A stretch of 23,825 nt of DNA from Rotaria sordida. Its lineage: Eukaryota. Location: positions 1,574 through 25,398 of the forward strand of contig CAJNOT010002579.1 of the NCBI GenBank assembly GCA_905251635.1, written 5' to 3'. The translations under genes and the position numbers were made by a program. Shown one piece after another: positions 1 through 9,999 of the stretch. The notes below the pieces were generated by a model. The model made no database searches and was not told where the DNA came from. It saw only the letters and a list, made by a program, of their open reading frames with translations. Numbering within the stretch: the stretch's first letter is position 1; each line of letters opens with the position of its first letter.

Positions 1-1500
1 TTTTGAATTCTTATATACTGTAGTACATCGTTTTTGTGTTGAGAGAATTGCTTTGCATCAATATTGCTCGTGTAAAACATAAGAAGCTAGAAAAATTATT
101 CTTTTTCAATTCATGACAAGGGTGTGGCTGTAGGTGTGATTATTTGAGGCCTTCCTAACAGTGACGCTCACACTCCCACGCCATGTTAGACCGTATTTAG
201 TTGATTGATAAAAGACACCATTTTTTATGTATTCGATTTCATTTAATGTTCAATCAATGACTAATCTTTTTTGTCTTCAAAATATCATTGTCATTTTTTT
301 CTTTTTCTATTAGCATTTAAAAATAAATTGATTTTTTGGCGTTAAAACACACCGAATCTAAAAATTTTGTCATTTAGCATTTGAAATCTCTTAAATATAC
401 TTGTCAATATTCAATAAAACAAAGAAATCTTCTATGCACTTCTTTTCTGTTCTGTTTTGTATGATTTTAAGTAATGTCTACCAAAATACTCATAAAAAAA
501 ATGAACGATAGGGAATGTAAAAATTCTGTTGAGACAAAAACTGCGCACTCATATTGGCTTCAGTTTAAAACCACCCCAAGATCTATATGTCTTGTTGTAA
601 TAAAGTTATAAGGATCCTCTTGAAGGCCTAAAATAGATTATGAGTTAGCTGGAAATCTAGTCTGTTTTTATCTACAGAGCTGGAATTTTTATCAGAAATG
701 TGTCTCACCAGGGCCATTCATTTCTGGAAATTTAAGGCCGAACGGATGAATCCAAGCGGCAAATCGATTTTAAGAGTCCCCCTTAAAACATAATATATCG
801 GATATTTTAGAGTATGTATAAATTTCGTTCAAAAAAAATTATCGTTTATTCAAAATGAAGCGTTGTTGATTTTTGCTTAACAACGGCTTTCAGGATAAAA
901 AAAATACCGAAAACTATTCTAGTTACAAAGTGCCTAAAATAACAAATAAACAAAGTATCTAAAATAACACTCTTCGCGTTTGTTGCACGTAAATTCACTA
1001 TACAGAGGTCTGTTTACACCAAACATCGGTGGGGAACCGAAATATGCATTCAAACAGGAGGTGTTCGCTAATGAGAGCTTTACTGTATTTAGAGTGATTA
1101 TTTTCTTCCTTTTGGGTACATTTCTCTGACGATTTTTAAGCAATTTTTACAAAAAAATATCTACCTCATCCAGCTATTTAGAATGAACGTAGTTTTCATT
1201 TATAGAGAATGTTCCCTATGTTGTCAATCGCAATCAATATGTAGCTTTCTTTCTTCTAGCATTAGTCATATTTATCTTAGATGCAAAATAAATTTCGTAA
1301 AAGAAAGAAATTACATATCGTATGAATCATTTTCATTAGAAGGACAGAAGAAAAAAAAGAGGTCGTCAACTATGCGAATTTTGCTGGCGTTGTTTCTATA
1401 TTAATAACAATAGGATAAGCAATAAAATATCTCTCGTTCAAAAAAATATGACTTTTTCTCTAGAGGTCCGACTTGAGCGAGTTATCGAAAACTTACCTTT

Positions 1501-1572
1501 TGCAGAGTAGAAGATTTTCAACGAGATCATCTCTCCATGCAGAGACTTCATCATTGCACTTGCGATGAAGTC
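1501..1572 (-). CDS. Possible short 5' exon: MMKSLHGEMISLKIFYSAK followed by donor G|gtaagt
   Basis: Minus strand reads ATGATGAAGTCTCTGCATGG...TCTGCAAAAG|gtaagttttcg, a near-ideal donor. No downstream partner exon identified. Confidence 0.25.
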
Positions 1573-1995
1573 AATGCATGCGATGTTTCACTACGTGTGA
1601 AACAATCGGGCGGAAAATTTTTTCCTGTTCGATGCGTTCGCGCATCGAACTTCTTAAAATAGCAAAAAATAAAGAAAATAGGGCAAAAACATTCTGCTTC
1701 TTCTAAAACCAGTTGGCTCGAATTTGCAGCACATTTTTTATTGTTCTACATAAAACTGCCCCATCCTCAACTATCACAATCGGAAAATGTAAAACCTTTT
1801 AGAAACGAGATTTTAATAGAAATTTTTTTTCTCCGCTCGTTAGAAATCTAACACATACAGTACGGACCAATAAGCCATGATTCAAACATAAAAACTTAAT
1901 TCTATTTTTACAAATCAAAAAACTTCCAAATGCTACCATTTTTTCTGGTAGATCTCGGTTTTTCTACAGATACACTATGCATATAAGTAAAAAAA

Positions 1996-2051
1996 GGGTG
2001 TGGGTGTGAATGAAGAACATAGACACACCCACCACCCACACCCACACCCAA
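1996..2051. repeat. Inverted pair of telomere-like TGTGGG/CCCACA short tracts
   Basis: GGGTGTGGGTGTG at 1996-2008, then CACACCCACCACCCACACCCACACCCA to ~2050, separated by ~14 nt. Confidence 0.75.
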
Positions 2052-2147
2052 TTCTGTACTTTTCCTTTCTAATCTTAAAAAACTTCATTCGGTAACAAAT
2101 AAGAAGGTTGAAATTGCTTGGAAACTATTTATAAATGCGAGACAATA

Positions 2148-4268
2148 TTACAGTTCTTGCTGAAGTTTTTCCAAGAGGGTGCAGTGTCGAAGAAGCAATG
2201 GATCATCACATGTCGAAACTTTGGTTAGAATATTAATAGTCTGCTGAAGATGTGACACTGCTTCGGCAATGCGATTGAGAGTATACAAAGTTAACGCTAT
2301 GTTCGAGTGTGTTATAGCAAGAGACGGATGATCAGATGGTAGCGAGTGTTGTTCAATGTTTAATGCTTTGAATTCGAATCTAAGTGCTATTTCATATTCA
2401 TTTAGATCATCATAAATCAAAGCTATATTAGCGTAGGTTATGGCTAAATCAGGATGCAAAGCTGGCAGATATTTGATTTCCAGTTCTAAACACTCTTCAT
2501 ACATATGCAATGCTTCCAGCAACTTTCCTTGATGTCGCAGTACACCAGCAATATTATTTCGAACCGTACTAATAGCTTCGATATCAATTTGATCAAGTTG
2601 ATTGATTAAGGAGAGCGCACATTTATATTCATCGAATGCATCCGATAAATGTCCTTGTTGTTCTAACGTTGAACCAATACCATTGTGACTCATGGCTAAT
2701 CCTAGAAGATCTGTTGGAGATCTTACAGCGAGCGATTCTTTGTAATGTTTGGTCGCCATTGTATAATCTCCAATCATGGCGTTGATAAATCCCAATTGAT
2801 GGTGAAAATAAGCTTGTTTTCTATGATCTTCATCACGTAAACTTGAGGCTAATGATACTTCAATCAAAGGTTTCACCATTTTCCATTTGCCCATTTCCAT
2901 TAGTAAGTTCTCCAGACGATTCCAACCAGTTGGACCTTCAATCCTTTTCCTTATATAATCTGTAAGTGTATGTAATTGCTGATCGTTTTCATGCGTCATG
3001 GTTAAATTCACACGCCAAATACCGTCATTCATATTTTCTTCAATTGATTGAATACGAAATACACTATGCATAGAAAACAAGATTTCTTCTTCATCAGCAA
3101 TAGCAGAATTGTGAGTAAGAGCAGCATACGGACATCGTGACATACTTCCATCAATAATAATATCGAAAAGAACAGCCACACTATCCGGATCGTTGCGAAG
3201 AACAAATATTTCTGCTACGGTTGCATTTTCACTGGTTGAGAGAAAGCTATTGAATGAAAGAAGACCACCAACTTTGTTTCTGATCTTAGAATCGAATTCT
3301 TTACGATTCATACCTTGACCTCGATAAACATGAAAGCAAGCAGACGACCTTGATGACATGGTGATGGAATGAAGATGTTCGATCTGTTTGTGAAGATGTC
3401 GTAGGATAAAAGTCATTCGAACTAAAATTTCAATATCCTGACTTCGTAACGAACGATTGAGTAGTTCAAAGAAGAAACATGGTTGACTATACCAATAAAT
3501 CACACGATCTTGACAATAATCATGTTCAAATCGATCGATAGTTCGTAATGTAGCAATATTATCAGCGTATTCATACCGACAATAGTCGACGAAATCCTGT
3601 TTTGCTGTTTCATCATCGTATTCAAGTTCAAGAAGAATTTCTTTTAATAATACTGAATACATAAATGACGAATCAAGTTGATTGGCACTGATTGAGGTAA
3701 ATGTCATATCAGTGTATCGTCTCTTCTCTTCAAGAAGTAATTTTGTGAAGAATTCTATATTGTCGAATGAGATATGTTTAGTCTTGCCATGGTTGATATG
3801 TTGCTGATTAGTCAATTGCGTATCACAAAGAATATGAATTTCATGTACTTGGTGCATGCTCTCAACCAATGGTACTAGTTCATCTTTGCGATTGGAAGAA
3901 ATAATCAGATGGCTTCTATGGTTTGTAGTCTTCATAAGAAAATCGATACATTCATTTGTATTGGAAAATATTTTCGTACAATCAATGACATTTTGAAGAT
4001 GATTGATTTTCTCTTGCTGTACCGTTGACATCTCTGTGTCAATGAATAGAACTATCATAAATATATGGTTATCGCTCGTTTCATTTTCACATGAAGTCAA
4101 AACAGCTTTGTTAATATAGGACGACCGAAGATATTTCCAATTGTGAGGTATTGGTGGCCAAACTTGTTCACAAGAAGTGAGAATAAAATTATTCGGTACT
4201 GTCGATGGTACATCTCTTCGATTTCGACGCAAAAAACAACCAAATTTTTGCCACCATCTTTGCAACAT
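2148..4268 (-). CDS. ADP-ribosyltransferase (R-S-ExE class) with C-terminal kinesin-light-chain-like TPR repeats; single-exon gene
   Basis: Uninterrupted 706-aa ORF. ART signatures are in order: 'HVYRGQGM' (R), 'LLSFNSFLSTSENATVAEIF' (S-F-x-S-T-S-like), 'IADEEEILFSMHSVFRI' (ExE). The C-terminus has TPR-like units: 'RNNIAGVLRHQGKLLEALHMYEECLELEIK', 'LAITYANIALIYDDLNEYEIALRFEFKALNIE', 'LAITHSNIALTLYTLNRIAEAVSHLQQTI'. Confidence 0.93.
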   Translation of the reverse strand: MLQRWWQKFGCFLRRNRRDVPSTVPNNFILTSCEQVWPPIPHNWKYLRSSYINKAVLTSCENETSDNHIFMIVLFIDTEMSTVQQEKINHLQNVIDCTKIFSNTNECIDFLMKTTNHRSHLIISSNRKDELVPLVESMHQVHEIHILCDTQLTNQQHINHGKTKHISFDNIEFFTKLLLEEKRRYTDMTFTSISANQLDSSFMYSVLLKEILLELEYDDETAKQDFVDYCRYEYADNIATLRTIDRFEHDYCQDRVIYWYSQPCFFFELLNRSLRSQDIEILVRMTFILRHLHKQIEHLHSITMSSRSSACFHVYRGQGMNRKEFDSKIRNKVGGLLSFNSFLSTSENATVAEIFVLRNDPDSVAVLFDIIIDGSMSRCPYAALTHNSAIADEEEILFSMHSVFRIQSIEENMNDGIWRVNLTMTHENDQQLHTLTDYIRKRIEGPTGWNRLENLLMEMGKWKMVKPLIEVSLASSLRDEDHRKQAYFHHQLGFINAMIGDYTMATKHYKESLAVRSPTDLLGLAMSHNGIGSTLEQQGHLSDAFDEYKCALSLINQLDQIDIEAISTVRNNIAGVLRHQGKLLEALHMYEECLELEIKYLPALHPDLAITYANIALIYDDLNEYEIALRFEFKALNIEQHSLPSDHPSLAITHSNIALTLYTLNRIAEAVSHLQQTINILTKVSTCDDPLLLRHCTLLEKLQQEL
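2160..2860 (-). other. TPR / kinesin-light-chain-like repeat region of the ART protein (about 4-5 units)
   Basis: Repeated A..Y.NIA..L...G...EA...Y..AL.I pattern with ~42-aa spacing. Confidence 0.8.
3070..3330 (-). other. Predicted ART catalytic core: R in YRGQ (~3315-3326), STS motif (~3233-3260), ExE in DEEEILF (~3081-3092)
   Basis: Motif order and spacing read from the 706-aa translation; all catalytic residues appear present. Confidence 0.8.
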
Positions 4269-5440
4269 TGATGTGATACACGTTGTTATTGCTCCAACCA
4301 GGTGGACGGACGTATGTTTGAGATAAGACTAGTTACATATATAATGATATCAGGATGATTCAGAGTAGAATTTTATGCAAGAACGCAAAACTTTTTCAAC
4401 TCTTCGAACGAATCATGGCGTGTCGAAAAAGTCAAACTTCTCCTGTGTGAAAACATTATCAAATTATTAACAAAGAATAATCAAAGGATTCCTAGATGAG
4501 CAAAATAAAACGAAGTATACCTAACATGACTAGTCTCAAATATCCGTACTACCGTCTGATCTAGTCTGAACTGATTTGCAATTCATTAAGACTGGTCGTC
4601 TTGACGAGGAATACTGTGTAACTAAACATAGACTACGTAGTTCAGAACATGTCCACATTTTGTCATGACTAGTCTGTTTTATCTATTGATATTGTTCAGA
4701 TTTGTCAGTGAAAGAAACAAGCCAGAAGAATAGGTGGACTAGTCTAAACTCTTCAAACAGTCTCTTTGGCTTCGATCTTATTTTCTAGACAACTGGTTTA
4801 GACCGGTTCATATTGGAACTAGAAAGATATGTAATGTAGTGCAGGAAATTTTTGAGCATTTCTATTATTTCTTACCATATCTGATTGAGAATTAAATGCC
4901 TTTAGAATATAAACCAGATAGTCAAATAATAATCATTTGGCTATTATTTTCAATAAGTGGAGCCCCTCAAAACTAATAGTGACGTCAAGAGTTGACTGAA
5001 TATTTGATCATATGCAATTTAGCAATCTTGACTGGTCTATATAAAACAAACATAGGCATCAAGTACCTTTATAAGAATAAAAATTGTGTACTTTTTATAC
5101 TAAAACTACAAAAATATACTGGAGCACAAAAACTAGATAGAATTACAAAGCAGCTGTTTACGTCTAAATGACAGTTGCCTATTCATATCCTTTAAAATTT
5201 CTAAATTTTAACAACAATCAAGAATAATTTTATTTGAAAAATAATTGTAATATCTTTATATAAGAATTATATTTGAATCTAAAAATGGATCTAAATTATA
5301 GAATTTTAGTTTATTTTTAAATTGAAATTAAAAAAAATTAAAATTAAAATAAACATAATAGTGTGAGTGAGTATTGTATGGGTTTTAATCTTCAGTCATA
5401 GCTAAATCCAAAAACACCCATACCCACACTTTGTATTTTT

Positions 5441-5779
5441 AGACATGGTGCATGGAAGCCGTTAGATCGGCATGAATAGCTTATTTTCATGTAAGTACTT
5501 TTAATTAAAAAATACTGATATGACAGAAAGAAAATAATATGCTGAAGTTGCATATTTTCTTTTTTTTTTTCCATTTTTTTACTATTTCCATTTGTTTTAT
5601 TATTGTTATTCTTTCTTTTCTACGTTTCTCCATATCAATATATGTTGTTTTTAACAATAGTGATGACAATCATACAAGTGTAAATCAATATTTTTTATAA
5701 TTCTCAATGAGATACTATGAAACATTGTTTATTAGTAATGTTACTTTCACTGTTTATACTCATGTATCATCATCTAAAG
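5441..5779 (+). repeat. Copy 1 of a ~340-bp direct duplication
   Basis: AGACATGGTGCATGGAAGCCGTTAGATCGGCATGAATAGCTTATTTTCATGTAAGTACTTTTAATTAAAA ... ATGTATCATCATCTAAAG, near-identical to 6509-6844. Confidence 0.95.
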
Positions 5780-5964
5780 GGTGTGGGTGTGTGATTGAAG
5801 ATCTTCTCTTCATCCATACCCAACAAATAAACGTTCTACACACAAGTTGTTCAGTTTTCCACAAGCTTTCAGAATATCAAGCCATTTATTCACAACCATG
5901 ACTTCATCGAGGATGTGGGTATGGATGTTGCTGATCTAAGAAGAAAAGCCCACACCCACACCCC
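5779..5964. repeat. Segment bounded by inverted telomere-like tracts (GGGTGTGGGTGTGTG ... CCCACACCCACACCCC)
   Basis: GGGTGTGGGTGTGTG at 5779-5793; CCCACACCCACACCCC at 5949-5964; internal GGATGTGGGTATGG at ~5911. Confidence 0.75.
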
Positions 5965-6508
5965 ACTTCAAGCTATATGCATTCATAAAATTTTTGTTAG
6001 CAACAAATATTACTAATTGACTATATACATATCCTGCTTTACAAGTTGTGGGCATTCCGCTATTTCTCATGTCTGTGCGAAGTGTTTGCTTTAAGAAGTG
6101 AAAAATACAAATGATTTTAGTATAATTAGTCTTGAATAAGAATTCAATCCTTGTAATTCTAATACACGCCCCTGACACAGATAATATTCGATATCAGTAA
6201 ACAATATAGTAGGTGTGAGCTTGAGATTGGTTGTAGATATGTTGGAGTGAAGAAAACACACATCCTAGATCCTGGCAAATTCTACCGCATCTATTGACAC
6301 AAAAGAAGTCAATCAGAACTATTATATCATTCGTTTACGTTAAATTACTTTATAATTCATCGGGACAATCGAGTAATCTTTTGAAAATTATTTATTTTTG
6401 AATCAAAAGTGGTACCGTATGATAATCCTTGTTTCTTAGGTGAAATGTTAACATTATGATTGTTTGACAGACCCATACATACTTTAGTCAACTCTCTAAT
6501 GTTTTTTT

Positions 6509-6844
6509 AGACATGGTGCATGAAAGCCGTTAGATCGGCATGAATAGCTTGTTTTCATGTAAGTACTTTTAATTAAAATATACTAACATGACAAAGAAAA
6601 TAATATGTTGAAGTTGCATATTTTCTCTTTTTTCTCCATTTTTTTACTATTCTCATTTGTTTTATTATTGTTATTCTTTCTTTTCTGCATTTCTTCATAT
6701 CAATATGTGTTATTTTTAGTTATGGTACTGATAGCCATACAAGTGTGAATCAACATTTTTTATGATTCTCAATGAGATACTATGAAACATTATTTATTAG
6801 TTATGCTACTTTCACTTTTTATACTTATGTATCATCATCTAAAG
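6509..6844 (+). repeat. Copy 2 of the ~340-bp direct duplication (offset ~1.07 kb)
   Basis: AGACATGGTGCATGAAAGCCGTTAGATCGGCATGAATAGCTTGTTTTCATGTAAGTACTTTTAATTAAAA ... ATGTATCATCATCTAAAG. Confidence 0.95.
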
Positions 6845-7798
6845 TATGAAACGACTGTTGAGTATTAAATTCAAAAACATAATGAAAAATTTTCAAAAAA
6901 ATATCTTCATATTATGAACAAGATGATTAGATGAATACACGGTTTTGGCAGTATTGATCCCATGCTGTAGAAACTTAAAATCTATGTAAGATTTGAATTT
7001 GAGTCACACTGAAAGTTCTAAGAGAAGCTTTTACCTTAAATTTCGAACTAAAGTCTACATTCGAGCAGAGTCGATATTGTAGCTGTAGTTATACACAATT
7101 TCATTGTGTAGATTATAAAGATGGCTTTACTACCTAGAATTCAGTGCTATTCATACGTTCCTTCGAAGGTGGAATAAGACTGACATGCAATGAAGTTTTT
7201 ATACACTTTTCAGCTACATGTTGTTCAGGCTGTTTTATAAGCAACAAGCCTCAGCAGAGCTAGTCTTGATGAATGTTGAACATATGGTTGACCATCTTTG
7301 TGTTTTTTTTATCTCATGTGTCTATCAATATGACGTACAACTGTTATATTGTTTAAAGCATCGAATCTCATTGGTTCTTAACTTTTAATTAATTTCTTAG
7401 GTTTCAACGAGCAATACCCTTATAATTCTTTTTCGCCTTCTACATCAATAAAAGATGATGAAAGAACGAAACAGATGAATGCATGCTTCCTATTGTTTAT
7501 CCGGTTGTCTGTCCGTATTTTTTGATCAAAGAAACAGATGTGAGACGATCTGATTCACTACTACAACCAAGAGAACAGAGAAAAGTCATACATCGTTAAG
7601 CTTACAAATTCAATCATCGTCCAACAATATTTCTTAATCAACTATGTAGTGTATGATGCAAAAGAAAAAAAAACAAGCTTCTAGATTGGATGAAAAATTT
7701 TACTATTGACAATAGTCAACAAAGATTTCTTCTTTGGAATATTTTTTTTTTGATTCAAACAATAAATCATTATCGTGTTTGCATCGAAAAGCTTCGGC

Positions 7799-7954
7799 AT
7801 GAAAAATTCATCAGTTATTCGAGTGAAACGCGTAACAGCCCCTTCTATTATGAAGTCTCTTGTCGTGAAACAAGCACGATCAAACAATAAAGTTGAAAGA
7901 TCTCCTAGTAAATCTATTAAATTAAAAGCTATCACAAAACTATCAACGTCGAAG
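7799..7954 (+). CDS. Possible first exon: MKNSSVIRVKRVTAPSIMKSLVVKQARSNNKVERSPSKSIKLKAITKLSTSK
   Basis: 52 codons from ATG to an AAG|gtatgc donor, phase 0 out. Basic and Ser-rich. Does not join directly to the 9702 exon (phase 1 in), so an intervening exon would be required. Confidence 0.35.
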
Positions 7955-8655
7955 GTATGCTTATAACTACGCTTTACAAACATTCTCACCCAAAAGATTC
8001 TTCCATGGTACTGGAAGCTTTTACCTGGTTAATTAATTGATTCTATGAGACAAAAGGTGTTTCTAACTTAAGGTATCGAACTACAATTGTTCTGCGGTTT
8101 CTATTAGTCTTAAAAGAAGCTAGGTATTGCTATTATAATTAAAGTGAATCACTTTAATTATAACCAAAAGATCTAACCAATAGTTACAATTGAGAGAGTA
8201 AGTGCTAGTTAAGAACTTCGTCTCAGTTGAGCTCTCATGATTTACTGAGTTGGAAATGTTATAGAACGGTAGATATGTGAAACTAATTATCATAAGAATA
8301 GTAAGACTTAATAAAGGATAGTGACTATAAATACCTCTAAAGATGGTTCGATAAATAAAACGGTATTTCAAAAGATTTCTTCATTCAGTAAACTATGCGT
8401 GAATACCTATGATTTGCTGTTTTCGCGCTTAGACTAAACTGCGCTAAATAGCCCTTCGGTTAATTTTCCTTAAATCCCAGTCAAACCATTCGAAGATCTG
8501 ATATTAAGCTACACTCTCGCAAGCTTTGCCCATTTAGTCATCCTAAGTGGTGAATCAGTGTTCAGTCGATATTTTCACTTGTTATCTTTAATGTTTCCTA
8601 TATCTATTAGACAGATAGGCAGAAAAAGAAAATTTTAACTTGAACCATTCTTTTG

Positions 8656-9682
8656 ACGTAGGATATCTTAGATCCAGATTCGAGTTTTTTCTCGGGCTGA
8701 TTCGCCCAGGCGAATGTTTCAACAAAAGTAATTGATGTTCCAAGTGCAATTCGATGAGCTCCATCCAACGATGAAAATCGCATCTCGATACATTGCACCA
8801 TTCTCGATAAGACGCCCGTACACCAGCCAAGTTTCCTTTTCGAGTTGGTATTTCCTTGACCGATTTGCCCAGGAAAATGTTCCAACAAAAGTAATTGATG
8901 TTCCAAGTACCATTTTACAACCTCTATGCAATGGTAAAATTTCCGCTTTAATAACATGCATCTTTCTCAAGCAAATGCCCATATACTGGTCCCAATTACC
9001 CCATCAGATCAGTATTTCCTGCGCTGATTTGCTCATTAGAAGGTTCCAACAAAACTATTCACAGTTTTCGCCTATACTCCCCTGTTCTATCTAATGGTAC
9101 AAACCACATTTGAATAGCATGTTCCCTTCTTAAGAAACGGGTGATACACCGGCTTCATTCCCCGTTCGGCCCGATATTTGAGTATTTTCTCGAAAATAGA
9201 GCATGCTTTTGAAGTGTGAACTTTACTCTCCGACAGGGCTCCTCGAATTGCATTTGGAACATTGAGTAGCTTTGTTGGAATATTGTCCTGAATGATTTGA
9301 TCCAAGAAATAGCGGTTCAATGCGATAATTTGGCTCGATCTGTGGGCATTTTCTTGAAAAGAATGCACGCTATTAGAATGAGGATTTTACCATTGTATAG
9401 AGATCGTGAAACAAATCGCATTTAGAACATTAATTATTTTTGTTGAAACATTCTCCTGGGCGAATCAGCCCAAAATAAATCTTTTTAAGTTCGTGAAGTG
9501 GAAGAAACAATGGTAATTTGGGTTTGTCTGGATTACTGTAGCATGTATCGAGGCACTGTTTTCACCATTCGATGGAGCTGGTCGAGCTGTACTTGGAACT
9601 TAGGTTAGTGGTTTTGAAATATTCGCCTAGGCGAATCTGCCCTAAAAACCTCGAATCCGAACCTAAGATATCCTACGTATTG
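8656..9682. repeat. Large imperfect palindrome / foldback-like repeat, arms ~400-500 bp, each with ~3 internal sub-repeats
   Basis: Left GACGTAGGATATCTTAGATCCAGATTCGAG...GATTCGCCCAGGCGAATGTTTCAACAAAAG corresponds to the reverse complement of the right end (TACGTAGGATATCTTAGGTTCGGATTCGAG...GATTCGCCTAGGCGAATATTTCAAAA). The similarity continues collinearly, e.g. AGCTCCATCCAACGATGAAAA vs AGCTCCATCGAATGGTGAAAA, and CAAGCAAATGCCCA vs CAAGAAAATGCCCA. Confidence 0.85.
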
Positions 9683-9701
9683 TTTTCGCAAGTTACTTAA
9701 G

Positions 9702-9787
9702 CATCCAATCAAAACAAATCACTCAAATCTTTGCATGCCATAAAAAGAACGACATCAGTGAATTACCATAACAACCTCTTCCCATAT
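9702..9787 (+). CDS. Exon: (x)SNQNKSLKSLHAIKRTTSVNYHNNLFPY
   Basis: Acceptor ...gttacttaag|CATCC, donor TAT|gtaatg; phase 1 in, phase 0 out; 98-nt intron to the next exon. Confidence 0.5.
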
Positions 9788-9885
9788 GTAATGTTTACTA
9801 TGAATAGAGAATATCTCTGCCTTATTGCTATTGAAAAATGTTTTCTACAAATGTGCTTTAAATTTTTACTACATGATACTTTTAG

Positions 9886-9999
9886 GAGTCAAGAAAAAGT
9901 GAACCAAACATCCAACAACCATTCAGTGGAGTTTTGGTAGACCGGACTGCTAAAATATTGCCTATCCAAAACAACTTATCCATTCAATTAGCAACTGAT
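9886..9999 (+). CDS. Exon (114 bp): ESRKSEPNIQQPFSGVLVDRTAKILPIQNNLSIQLATD
   Basis: Acceptor gatacttttag|GAG, donor GAT|gtatgt; phase 0-0; similar to the exon at 11689-11805. Confidence 0.7.

Noticed and set aside
7411-7530. Open segment FNEQYPYNSFSPSTSIKDDERTKQMNACF after a good acceptor (aatttcttag)
   Set aside because: No convincing donor before the stop and no phase link to other exons.
8588-8982. Three overlapping ORFs (80, 116, 87 aa) as genes
   Set aside because: They are different frames over the palindrome/sub-repeat sequence and share the same repeated peptides; no independent coding evidence.
9731-9940. 69-aa ORF MHAIKRTTSVNYHNNLFPYVMFTMNREY... as a single coding unit
   Set aside because: It appears to read through a 98-nt intron (gtaatg...ttttag) and changes frame relative to the proposed downstream exon.
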